Source: an uncultured Methanomassiliicoccales archaeon
Lineage (GTDB): Archaea > Thermoplasmatota > Thermoplasmata > RBG-16-68-12 > JAJISG01
Assembly (NCBI GenBank): GCA_964347325.1
Contig: CAYFYA010000009.1
Location: forward strand, 4,685-68,684
Direction of reading: 5' to 3'
Length of the DNA stretch: 64,000 nt
In this document: positions 46,615 through 55,281 of the stretch, one piece after another
How the letters are laid out: each line of letters starts with the position of its first letter
Position numbering within the stretch: the stretch's first letter is position 1
Translations under genes and position numbers: made by a program
Notes under the pieces: generated by a model
What the model was told of the DNA's origin: nothing
The model's database searches: none
Seen by the model: the letters and a program-made list of their open reading frames with translations, nothing else

Positions 46615-48165
46615 GTGGCCTTCCCCGATTGGTTCGTCCTGCTACCGGTCATCGTCCTGACGGTCTTCGGGTTCCTCCTCATAGGCCTCACGTTCGTAGT
46701 CAAGCGGAAGGAGAGGCTGGCGGATGTCGCTCTCGTTGGGCTAGTAATCGCCTTCCTTCTGACCATCGACATGGCGGGAGCTGACTTCCTGAGGAGGCTG
46801 GGCCTGGACCTATGGACCGTCCCCGTTGAGGTCAGGCTGCCGGACCTTATGCTGGAGGTCAACGCCTTCGTCCTGTTCTTCTTCCTGGCCATGACCCTCA
46901 CGGGTATCCTGGTGGTCCTGGCTTCCAGGGCGTTCCTGAGGAGGGATGACAGGAATCAGGGAGAGTACTACGGGCTCCTCCTCATCGCCATCGTCGGGAT
47001 GATGCTGGTCTCGGCCTCCACGGACATCTTCGTGCTCTACCTCTCCTTCGAGTTGGCGAGTATTGCCACCTTCGCGCTGGCGGCCTTCAGGAAGAGGGAC
47101 AAGGGGTCTTCCGAGGCGGCCATGAAGTTCTTCATCATAGGCGTCGTCAGCTCCGCTCTCATCCTCTTCGGCATCTCCCTTCTGTACGGTGTAAGCGGTC
47201 ACGTGGGGACCGGTCAAGGCATGTCTGGTCCCTTCACCGACTTGGGCGTCCTTCGGACCACCATCGCCGGCGGCCTCCTTGTCTTCGAGCCAGTCATAGT
47301 GCTGGCGCTCGTCCTCGTTATCGCGGGGTTCGGGTTCAAGGTGGCAACGGTGCCCTTCCACATGTGGGTGCCGGACGTCTACGAAGGCGCGCCGACGACA
47401 ATCACCACCCTCCTGAGTACGGCCTCGAAGATCATGGGCTTCGCAGCCCTCTTCAGGGTCTTCCTCATAGCCCTCGTAGGGGCAGCAGCCCACTGGACCC
47501 TCGCCCTGGGAATCCTCGCCATCGCCACCATGACCTTAGGGAACGTTGCCGCCCTTCCGCAGAAGAGCATCAAGAGGATGCTGGCCTACTCCAGCATCGC
47601 CCACGCCGGCTATGTCCTCATCGCGGTCATCGTGGGCAGCCATCCCGATGGCAGCGTCGCCACCTCCGCCATGACGGGAGGCCTCTACCACCTCCTCGTC
47701 TACGTCTTCATGAAGGGAGGCGCCTTCATCATCGTCGCTATCACCGGGACGCTCCTAATCGGGGAGAGGCTCGACGACTACAGCGGCCTGGCGAAGAGGA
47801 TGCCCCTCATAGCCTTCGGGATGATGATCCTGCTACTCTCTTTGGCGGGTGTCCCACCTCTAGGCGGCTTTGTCAGCAAGTTCGTGCTCTTCCTGTCGAC
47901 GATTCAAGCTTCGACGGTCCCAGGCACCGAGTGGATGGTCGCCCTGGGTATCGCAGGCGTTCTGAACAGCGCCCTTTCCCTGTACTACTACGCCCGAGTA
48001 ATCAAGCACATGTACTTCCTCGAGGGGCCTGGCGGGGTCGTCACAGCTCCGGCGCCCTACAGCTTCGCCATAATGATCGCTACAATCGGGACCGTCGCCA
48101 CTGGAGTTCTTGCCCTGCCCTTCATGGAGTTTGTCAGCCAGGCGGCGTCCTCTCTTTTCGCGTAA
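46615..48165 (+). CDS. nuoN: NADH-quinone oxidoreductase subunit N
   Basis: VPFHMWVPDVYEGAPTTITTLLSTASK NuoN signature. Confidence 0.9.
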   Translation: MAFPDWFVLLPVIVLTVFGFLLIGLTFVVKRKERLADVALVGLVIAFLLTIDMAGADFLRRLGLDLWTVPVEVRLPDLMLEVNAFVLFFFLAMTLTGILVVLASRAFLRRDDRNQGEYYGLLLIAIVGMMLVSASTDIFVLYLSFELASIATFALAAFRKRDKGSSEAAMKFFIIGVVSSALILFGISLLYGVSGHVGTGQGMSGPFTDLGVLRTTIAGGLLVFEPVIVLALVLVIAGFGFKVATVPFHMWVPDVYEGAPTTITTLLSTASKIMGFAALFRVFLIALVGAAAHWTLALGILAIATMTLGNVAALPQKSIKRMLAYSSIAHAGYVLIAVIVGSHPDGSVATSAMTGGLYHLLVYVFMKGGAFIIVAITGTLLIGERLDDYSGLAKRMPLIAFGMMILLLSLAGVPPLGGFVSKFVLFLSTIQASTVPGTEWMVALGIAGVLNSALSLYYYARVIKHMYFLEGPGGVVTAPAPYSFAIMIATIGTVATGVLALPFMEFVSQAASSLFA

Positions 48166-48217
48166 CCCGCCGGTCCTCCTCCAAACCTTGATAAGAGCCC
48201 CGCTTGGTAGTTCGGGT

Positions 48218-49966
48218 ATGGGGACGCACACCGACATTCGCTGGCTTCCCTGGGGCAAGGAGGCCTTCGAGGAGGCGCGGAGGGATAAGAAGCCAATTCT
48301 CCTCGACCTCTCGGCGGTTTGGTGTCACTGGTGCCACGTGATGGATGAGACCAGCTACTCCGATGACGAGGTCATCGGGCTCATCAACGACAACTTCGTC
48401 GCCATCCGCGTGGACATCGACAAGCGCCCCGACATCAGGGAGCGCTACAACTTCGGCGGGTATCCGACCACCGCCTTTCTCGATGCCGACGGCCAGGTGA
48501 TTGCTGGTGGGACCTACATTCCACCCGACCAGCTCAAGCGTACCCTCATGCAGGTGAAGAGCTACTATGATTCCTCTGGCGGCAAGACCCGGGAGACCAA
48601 GGTTATTCCTGAAACCGTGATACGGCCTTCCGAAGTTGGTCTCAGCCACGACATTATGGAGGAGGTCCTGGGATACCTGCTGGAGCAGTACGACGAGCTT
48701 TACGGTGGGTTTGGAAGCGCACCGAAGTTTCCTCAGCCAGAGGCCCTGGATCTCGCTCTCTATAAGTACAAGATTTCGGGCAACAGCTACTTCCTGAAGG
48801 TGATCGAGAAGAGCCTGAGAGCCATGGCAGACGGCGGAATGTACGACCCCGCGGAAGGAGGCTTCTTCCGGTACTCCGTTACGAAGGATTGGTCGGAACC
48901 CCACTATGAGAAGATGCTCGATGTCAACGTGGGTCTCCTTCGGAACTACCTGAACGCCTATTCGCTCCTGGATGACGCGAAGTACAGAGAGGTCGCGAAG
49001 GACATCCTGAGATACATGGAGACCGTACTTCGGGACCCTGCCGGAGGCTTCTACGGCAGCCAGGATGCCGACGAGGAGTACTACAAGAAGTCCTTGGAGG
49101 AGAGGGGCAAGGTTGATCCGCCCTACACAGACGAGACCCTCTATGCCGACCTCAATGGCCAGGCAGTCTCCACGTACCTACGGGCCTCGGCCGTCCTGGA
49201 TGAGCCGAAGTACCAGGAGGCAGCCCTGTCCACGCTTGGCGTCCTTGAGCAGAGAATCTTGACGGGAGACGGCCGCCTCATCCACTACTGGGACGGAGAG
49301 CCAGGGATCGACGCGTTGCTTTCGGATCACGTTCATGTGGCAAAGGCCTACTTGGATGCCTTTGAACACGTCGGGGAGAGTAGGTACCTAGACAGGGCAG
49401 TCGCCATCGCCCAGGAAATGCTGAAGACCTTTCGGGATGACGATGGTCTCTTGAAAGATCGGCAGGCCGAGGATGGCGACATAGGCCTGCTGCGGGTTCC
49501 TCAGAAGCCGCTGGTCGACAATTCTCACGCAGCTATACTTCTGCTCAAGCTCCATGAGATCACACACGATGAGCGGCTACGGGAGGCTGCCAAAGTCATC
49601 CTCGAGGGGTTCACGGGCCAGTACCCACGCTACTCCCTCTTCGCATCCACGTACGCGATGGCCGTCACGACGTTCCTGAAGGGGCCTCTCAGAGTGGTAT
49701 TGGTGGGGGATGATGGCGAGGCGACAGGGACGCTGCAGAGGGAGATTCTCGCTGCCTACCAACCACGGCGTGTGCTGCATCTCATGCATCCCGGGACGAA
49801 GGACTTGATAGAGGCCGGCTTTCCTGAAGATCCCCTCCCTGCTATCTACGCCTGTGTGGGGACTCAGTGCTCGAATCCTCTTACTGGCGCAGACGCCTTC
49901 AAGGAGGCCGAGGCGTTTCTAGTAAGCGTCGACGCTCAGGATGACACAATGAAAACCGGTTCATGA
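48218..49966 (+). CDS. thioredoxin-domain protein of the YyaL/DUF255 family (thioredoxin-like N-domain plus six-hairpin glycosidase-like domain)
   Basis: N-terminal WCHWCH thioredoxin-like motif followed by an alpha/alpha toroid-like domain. Start taken at MGTHTDIRWLPWGKE. Confidence 0.8.
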   Translation: MGTHTDIRWLPWGKEAFEEARRDKKPILLDLSAVWCHWCHVMDETSYSDDEVIGLINDNFVAIRVDIDKRPDIRERYNFGGYPTTAFLDADGQVIAGGTYIPPDQLKRTLMQVKSYYDSSGGKTRETKVIPETVIRPSEVGLSHDIMEEVLGYLLEQYDELYGGFGSAPKFPQPEALDLALYKYKISGNSYFLKVIEKSLRAMADGGMYDPAEGGFFRYSVTKDWSEPHYEKMLDVNVGLLRNYLNAYSLLDDAKYREVAKDILRYMETVLRDPAGGFYGSQDADEEYYKKSLEERGKVDPPYTDETLYADLNGQAVSTYLRASAVLDEPKYQEAALSTLGVLEQRILTGDGRLIHYWDGEPGIDALLSDHVHVAKAYLDAFEHVGESRYLDRAVAIAQEMLKTFRDDDGLLKDRQAEDGDIGLLRVPQKPLVDNSHAAILLLKLHEITHDERLREAAKVILEGFTGQYPRYSLFASTYAMAVTTFLKGPLRVVLVGDDGEATGTLQREILAAYQPRRVLHLMHPGTKDLIEAGFPEDPLPAIYACVGTQCSNPLTGADAFKEAEAFLVSVDAQDDTMKTGS

Positions 49967-49978
49967 CACTTCGGGGCC

Positions 49979-52690
49979 TTAGTCCCAACCGCCGTCGACG
50001 CTCGTCTCGATCTCGCCATCGTCGATTGCTGGAGCGCCTCGCAGCCTGTCAAGGACTTTGAGTACCGCGTTGCGGAAGCGTTCCCAAGCCGCACGGATGC
50101 TCCCCTTCATTGTGTCCGACTCCCTCGCGAGCGGTTGATCATCGGGACCGTCAGAACCCAAGCCCCAAAGTGTTGGGAGCAGGTCCCGGACTCCTCGAAC
50201 TTCATCCATGTCCCCTGACCAGACCTCCAACACCTGACCAAACTCATCATCTATGCGCCTAGACAGCCTCGAGAGCCGAGCTGACAGGGTCCCGTCGTCT
50301 TCACCTCGATACACGAGGGCCACGTGATGGTTCATACCCCGCTCGATCAGGACTTTAGAGTCTCCGAATGTGAGACTCCTGACCGGTGTGTCCTCCCGAC
50401 TCGAGAAGGCTTCGCGAATGAAGTCTTGAACGGCCTTAAACATCGCCACTAGTATGTCCCGGTCCTTATCGGGTGTCAAGGTCTTCGACCGGTGTGCCAG
50501 GAGAATACCGTCGCTGTGAATGACGAAGACCTCTTCGATACTGAATCTCTTTGCACGCATCCACCTCCACGCCACGAAGAGGCCGCCGGCGAGCAGCAGG
50601 GGCGCGATGAGTGCCCACACCACCAGGTCCAATGTGCTTGGACCAACCGGAATCGGTTCGATGAACACCGTGTTGCTGCTGACAGTTTCGGGTTGGCTAC
50701 CCTTTCCATCGGAGTAGACCAGTTTGACCTGGATAGAGGTCGGGCCTACATCCGCCAGAAGCCGCAAGCGGATCCCAAGATCGACACCACTCTCAGGGCC
50801 GAGACTCGTGACCCTCCAGGATATAAGATCGTCGTGGACCGTCGCTGCATACAGGGAGTTGTCTGTGCCCAGGTACTCGAAGCCTGACGGCATTGTTAGG
50901 TTGAGCCAACCCGTCGCCGCGGCTTTTCCCACGTTGCTAAGGGTGACGTTTAGGACGAGGATCCTCCCAACCTCCAACTTTGTGGCTGAGGTCTCAATCT
51001 CTAGGACAGGGTTTGGGGCGTCCAGTGTGACCGGAGCCTGTAGGATTACAGTGGGCTGGGCGTTGCCGTTGCCGTCCGTTGCCTCCCAAGTGACCAGGAT
51101 CCCCATGTCCTGTCCATCCGACATCCCCCCAAGGGTCTGTAACCTCACCGCGAGAAAATGGGGGCCGACGCCGACGTCTGCGAGCATCACGTCGATCCCG
51201 TCCGATGACTGAGTGTAGGGTAGGCTAGGTGTGAGCTCAAGGACCTCGTAGTTTCCTCCCAGGCTCCAGTTCATCCAAGCTTCAGGCGCTGGGACGGATC
51301 CGGTGTTGTTGTAGTACACGGTCGCCACTACCTCGTCTCCCCGTTCGACGGTGTCAACATCGGCTTGCAGGAAGGGCGCAAAGGAAGGGGCCACTACTGT
51401 CGACTCGGCTGAAGTTTGCACTGGTGGGAAGTCGGTTCCCGATGAGTCCGTGTATGATGCTTGGACATCACATGCCACCACTGTCCCATCTGGCGCGTCC
51501 TTATCGACCTCGAGCATCCAACTGATGGTGGTCGAGGAGGCAGGACCTATTGTCGGGAACGACCAGGTGAGAGTGTGGGCGATGTCATCGTATGAGCCTG
51601 TCGGTGTTGAAGATAGATACGAGACATCGGAGTCCAGCTGGGCGTTAACAAGCACTCCTAATGCACTACCGTTGCCGAGGTTTTCGATGGTTAGATCCAT
51701 CTGTATGATGTCCCCGGGATCGGGCAGGAGGGTACTGGGGGAGAGGGTGGCATCGAGATACCCGCTGAAGATGGTAAGGGAGACCTGCTCACTCTGAGTC
51801 GGCGGCCGATAGTCGACGTGGTCCACGGATTCAAAGGAGAAGTTTACGACCGCCAGCGTCCCGTCGGGAACCCCGCCCTTCACTTCGAAGGTAAGGTTGA
51901 AGGAATAGAGCCCCGGAGTCACGTTGGTGAACTCGTAATTCTGGCAACAGCTTCTCACGCCGCCGATGCTGCCTGCGTCATCGCCGACATAGGTAAGCTC
52001 ATCAGGAAGGGTTACGTTGACCCACAGGTAATCGGCATCACCAGGCCCTGAGTTGTTGAACTCTATTCGGAGCTCTTCGACGTCACCCGGCTCCAGAGCT
52101 GAAACCGACGGGACGACGTCATAGCTCATGTTTGGTCGGTAGAAGCCGTACACCTGGAATGTGTAGTCCTTGTCCCTAGGAAACCACGTCGAACCATCCG
52201 AAGAATTCACGCCCGTCCCGTTGGGATACGCTGAGTCTCCGGGCGAGTGGTACCAATCATAGCCCTGTTGGGTGTTGCTTCTTGCTACCACCCAGTAAGT
52301 GGTGTTGTCCCTTAGGTCCACCCAGTCATCGAAGGAAACGTTTACCCAACTCTGCGAAGAGAGGCCGTCCCCAATACCGGAGGTTATGTCAATGGGCGTG
52401 GGAGATGGCGTGGGAGATGCCGGATCATCGTCCCGGAGAGACGCTATCACCCGGGAGGCTCCACTGTTGGCCTCCGCGAGGATGGCGACGCGAGTTATTG
52501 TGAATGCCTCCTCGGCGACGAAGGATTGAGCTATCCAGCTCTTGTCACTCAACTCGTCAGTACCCCCATTGTCGTCTGCGTTCTCGATTTGCATGTGGTA
52601 GGGATCAGCCGCCGCACGAGGGATGAGACCCGGAGCTGCCAGCATAATCACTAGGCACAGGCCGATGGCTATCAGAGGTCCACCGCGCAC
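49979..52690 (-). CDS. single-pass surface receptor: signal peptide, ~640-aa glycosylated ectodomain of CARDB/DUF11-like repeats, TM helix, and cytoplasmic Roadblock/LC7 (MglB-like) domain
   Basis: Signal peptide MRGGPLIAIGLCLVIMLAAPGLIPRAAA. At least 13 NxS/T sequons. Repeats such as PGDVEELRIEFNNSGPGDADYLWVNVTLPDELTYV. TM helix LDLVVWALIAPLLLAGGLFVAWRW. Cytoplasmic tail VFVIHSDGILLAHRSKT...DILVAMFKAVQDFIREAFS...RSLTFGDSKVLIERGMNHHVALVYRGEDDG aligns block-for-block with Roadblock/MglB (strand - helix - strand - strand). Confidence 0.75.
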   Translation of the reverse strand: MRGGPLIAIGLCLVIMLAAPGLIPRAAADPYHMQIENADDNGGTDELSDKSWIAQSFVAEEAFTITRVAILAEANSGASRVIASLRDDDPASPTPSPTPIDITSGIGDGLSSQSWVNVSFDDWVDLRDNTTYWVVARSNTQQGYDWYHSPGDSAYPNGTGVNSSDGSTWFPRDKDYTFQVYGFYRPNMSYDVVPSVSALEPGDVEELRIEFNNSGPGDADYLWVNVTLPDELTYVGDDAGSIGGVRSCCQNYEFTNVTPGLYSFNLTFEVKGGVPDGTLAVVNFSFESVDHVDYRPPTQSEQVSLTIFSGYLDATLSPSTLLPDPGDIIQMDLTIENLGNGSALGVLVNAQLDSDVSYLSSTPTGSYDDIAHTLTWSFPTIGPASSTTISWMLEVDKDAPDGTVVACDVQASYTDSSGTDFPPVQTSAESTVVAPSFAPFLQADVDTVERGDEVVATVYYNNTGSVPAPEAWMNWSLGGNYEVLELTPSLPYTQSSDGIDVMLADVGVGPHFLAVRLQTLGGMSDGQDMGILVTWEATDGNGNAQPTVILQAPVTLDAPNPVLEIETSATKLEVGRILVLNVTLSNVGKAAATGWLNLTMPSGFEYLGTDNSLYAATVHDDLISWRVTSLGPESGVDLGIRLRLLADVGPTSIQVKLVYSDGKGSQPETVSSNTVFIEPIPVGPSTLDLVVWALIAPLLLAGGLFVAWRWMRAKRFSIEEVFVIHSDGILLAHRSKTLTPDKDRDILVAMFKAVQDFIREAFSSREDTPVRSLTFGDSKVLIERGMNHHVALVYRGEDDGTLSARLSRLSRRIDDEFGQVLEVWSGDMDEVRGVRDLLPTLWGLGSDGPDDQPLARESDTMKGSIRAAWERFRNAVLKVLDRLRGAPAIDDGEIETSVDGGWD

Positions 52691-52848
52691 AATCCTATTC
52701 CCGGGACTGTTGCCAAATACCTTTCTTCATCGTTATCATGAAGGGGGGAGGTGTAGAGTGTGGCTCACCCCCCCCGGAGCCGTTGAACGCGCCCTCGATA
52801 ACCATCTCGTTAGGTTTATAGTGAGGTATTCGGACGTCCAGACGTCCC

Positions 52849-53085
52849 ATGGGACCTTCATCGAGCCTGTTTGACCTCCAGATCCACTCTGCAGAGGAAG
52901 CCGAACGATGGATTCTCGTCCTAGTCCAGGCCCTGCGACAGAAGCGGAAGGAGTGGAGGCTCACGATCGCGCATCTGAACGGGGAGGTCCTGTGCTTTGA
53001 GTGTGAGCCCGCGCTAACGAACGATGAGGTCTCGGAGGCCCTGCTCACGCGGCTCGTCCCGGAGCAGAAGCCGGAGGTACCCTGA
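52849..53085 (+). CDS. small hypothetical protein (78 aa) between the receptor and GTPase genes
   Basis: ORF in the divergent intergenic region with no recognisable domain. Possibly a co-transcribed partner of the GTPase. Confidence 0.35.
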   Translation: MGPSSSLFDLQIHSAEEAERWILVLVQALRQKRKEWRLTIAHLNGEVLCFECEPALTNDEVSEALLTRLVPEQKPEVP

Positions 53086-53152
53086 GCAATGTCTCCGATT
53101 CGATAATCAACGGGAAAACTACAATAATGGCACCTGGAAACCAGATCTCGGG

Positions 53153-53734
53153 ATGGTGGCGTCGACGCTAGCGACACTGGAAGAGCCTCGAATGAAGCTC
53201 AAGATATGCATGGTTGGCGAGGCCGCCGTTGGAAAGACATCTCTCATCCGTCGCTACGTCCACGATCACTTCAATAGTGACTACGTGGCGACTCTGGGTA
53301 CTAAGGTTACGAAAAGGGAACTCGAGGTTGAGGTTCCCGGAACCGATCGCACAGAACGTGTCGCCTTGATGATCTGGGACATTATGGGCCAGAAGAAGGT
53401 CCTGGATCTGATGCGTGAGGGGTACTTCCACGGTGCGCAGGGGTTGCTGATGGTTAGCGATCTGAATCGTCCGAAGACTCTGGAGGAGCTCGAGGGCTGG
53501 CGCACCATGATGGTAGATACAACGGGTGAGATTCCGTCCTACCTCTTGGCCAACAAGGTGGATCTGGTGGAGAAGGAGCCCACGACGGACGACCTCGACG
53601 CAGCGAAGAAGCGGTGGGGCTGCTCCTACGTGCTGACCAGTGCCAAAACGGGGGAAGGAGTGGAGCAAGCTTTCTATGATCTTGCTGTCTTGATTCTCAG
53701 GAAGCTCCGAGAGCGGAAAGCCAAAAGGGCCTAG
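53153..53734 (+). CDS. Ras/Rab-like small GTPase (paralog 3 of 3)
   Basis: MKLKICMVGEAAVGKTSLIRRYV, YVATLGTKV switch I, WDIMGQK, NKVDL, TSAKTG. Start at ATG 53153 or 53192; the ORF-track extension to 53024 was rejected. Confidence 0.85.
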   Translation: MVASTLATLEEPRMKLKICMVGEAAVGKTSLIRRYVHDHFNSDYVATLGTKVTKRELEVEVPGTDRTERVALMIWDIMGQKKVLDLMREGYFHGAQGLLMVSDLNRPKTLEELEGWRTMMVDTTGEIPSYLLANKVDLVEKEPTTDDLDAAKKRWGCSYVLTSAKTGEGVEQAFYDLAVLILRKLRERKAKRA

Positions 53735-53739
53735 GCTCC

Positions 53740-54468
53740 GTGGAGGCCTGCCCCGCTCGCCTGGAGGCGTTTCCAAAGGTTTATCTTGACACAGGGCCTG
53801 GCACCGCACCGATGCCCAACGGCGACATCCTCTTCCCGGTGATGTTCGCTGGCATGCTGATCGCCGGCACCCTTATCATCCTTCTCTCGCCTCTCATCTT
53901 CAAACTCACCGTAGACATCAAAACCTGGAAGCTCTACGCCCTGATCGCTCTCGTCATAGGGGTGATGGGAGTCTCTCTCTACGTTGTCTTCCTGGCTCTC
54001 TCCAACTTCCTCTACTTCCTGCCCTTTGTGGTGTTAGTATTGGCCCTCAGGGGAGTCGCCCCCACCTTCCTGTATCGAGGCCTAAGAGAACGCTTCGAGT
54101 TGCGCAAGTTCTGGCCCATCATAAAGGTCCTGATGGCCGTAGGCTTCCTCGCCTACGCCGGTTACCTGACCTACACGATCCTTTTGCTGGCCTTCGAGCA
54201 GCTCCTCGGCACCTCCAGCCCGAACGTTGACATCTCGGAACTCCTCATCATGGCCGTGGGGGGTGCCTTCGTTATCATCCGACTCCTGGCGCGTATTCTA
54301 CCTGAGTCCATCAAAGAGAGGCCCACCGTGTGGATCACAGCCATTCTGCTTTCGGTCGCCTTTGCTGTCATCGCACCCTTCGCCTTCCCCGAATACGACC
54401 TGTACTACAGACTGGCTGGTCTCGGCGGCTGGGTCCTTGGATTCGTCGTGATCTGGAGATTCTCCTGA
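53740..54468 (+). CDS. 6-TM membrane protein (paralog A), unknown function
   Basis: Polytopic. C-terminal ...APFAFPEYDLYYRLAGLGGWVLGFVVIWRFS is shared with the next ORF. An internal M at 53812 is a possible start. Confidence 0.6.
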   Translation: MEACPARLEAFPKVYLDTGPGTAPMPNGDILFPVMFAGMLIAGTLIILLSPLIFKLTVDIKTWKLYALIALVIGVMGVSLYVVFLALSNFLYFLPFVVLVLALRGVAPTFLYRGLRERFELRKFWPIIKVLMAVGFLAYAGYLTYTILLLAFEQLLGTSSPNVDISELLIMAVGGAFVIIRLLARILPESIKERPTVWITAILLSVAFAVIAPFAFPEYDLYYRLAGLGGWVLGFVVIWRFS

Positions 54469-54527
54469 AGTGTGACGCTCTCCCCCGTGATATTCAGCCC
54501 GAATACTGAGAGACAAACCCTTTTCAG

Positions 54528-55205
54528 ATGTCTCCAGCCATCTTCGACCTCGACAGAGGACTGGAGATGGCGGCGGAGAACCTCGTCTCCATATTCGCTA
54601 TACTGCTAGTGCTAGGCTCAGTCCTCTTCCTCTTCGGCCCCTTGTTCTTTCGCCTGCTGAAGCGGGGAATGTGGGCCATGAGTGTCATTGCAGTCATCCC
54701 AGCCTTCGTCGTGGCCTCCATGGGACTCTCCTTCGTGGAGCTCAGCTTCAGTAATCCAGCGATTCTCGCGCCCATAGTGGCCTTCGTATTCGTTGCCAGA
54801 GTCGTTTCTCCCACCCTCGCCCTCCACAACGTGAGAGAGAAGCTGGCATCCAGAGGTCTCTGGGGGAGCACAAGGGCCTTCGCCTTCTTGGGATTCCTGG
54901 GTTTTGGCCTATACGTTGGATACCAGACCTTCGTATCACCGGAGGGGGCGGCCGCCGATCCGGTGCTTGCCACCGAGAGGATTGTGATGGCTGTCGGGAC
55001 CTCGTTCATTTTCCTCAGACTGTACTACAAGGCCATGCCCCGGGAGTCCAGCAGTCTCATGATGGTGTGGCTTGCTGCCATCTTCTTCTCCCTGGCCTTC
55101 TCGGTCGTGGCCCCTTACGCCTTCCCCGACTACCACGTCCTCTACTCCATCTCAGGGGTCATGGGGTGGCTCATAGGTGCGGCGGTGATCGCCAAGTCGC
55201 CCTAG
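54528..55205 (+). CDS. 6-TM membrane protein (paralog B), unknown function
   Basis: Same topology and C-terminal motif (APYAFPDYHVLYSISGVMGWLIGAAVIAKSP) as paralog A. Confidence 0.6.
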   Translation: MSPAIFDLDRGLEMAAENLVSIFAILLVLGSVLFLFGPLFFRLLKRGMWAMSVIAVIPAFVVASMGLSFVELSFSNPAILAPIVAFVFVARVVSPTLALHNVREKLASRGLWGSTRAFAFLGFLGFGLYVGYQTFVSPEGAAADPVLATERIVMAVGTSFIFLRLYYKAMPRESSSLMMVWLAAIFFSLAFSVVAPYAFPDYHVLYSISGVMGWLIGAAVIAKSP

Positions 55206-55281
55206 GCCCTCGCTCGAAGGCCGTTCAGCGACGAAAGACCCTTATCTTGCGCACGACTAGCCTGGTATCGAGGGCGGACGG

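Noticed and set aside
41496-48191. Numerous long Arg/Pro/Gly-rich ORFs in alternative frames and antisense within nuoL, nuoM, nuoM2 and nuoN (for example 42204..43154, 43635..44708, 45294..46028, 47364..48191, 42109..42885)
   Set aside because: All are shadow frames of strongly supported Complex I membrane-subunit genes in ~62% GC sequence, with no motifs.
52695-53177. 160-aa minus-strand ORF overlapping the small ORF and the GTPase-3 start
   Set aside because: Overlaps the GTPase N-terminus and the intergenic promoter region and shows no domain signal. GTPase 3 is strongly supported, and the 52849..53085 plus-strand ORF the weaker ORF replaces is itself only a low-confidence (0.35) call.
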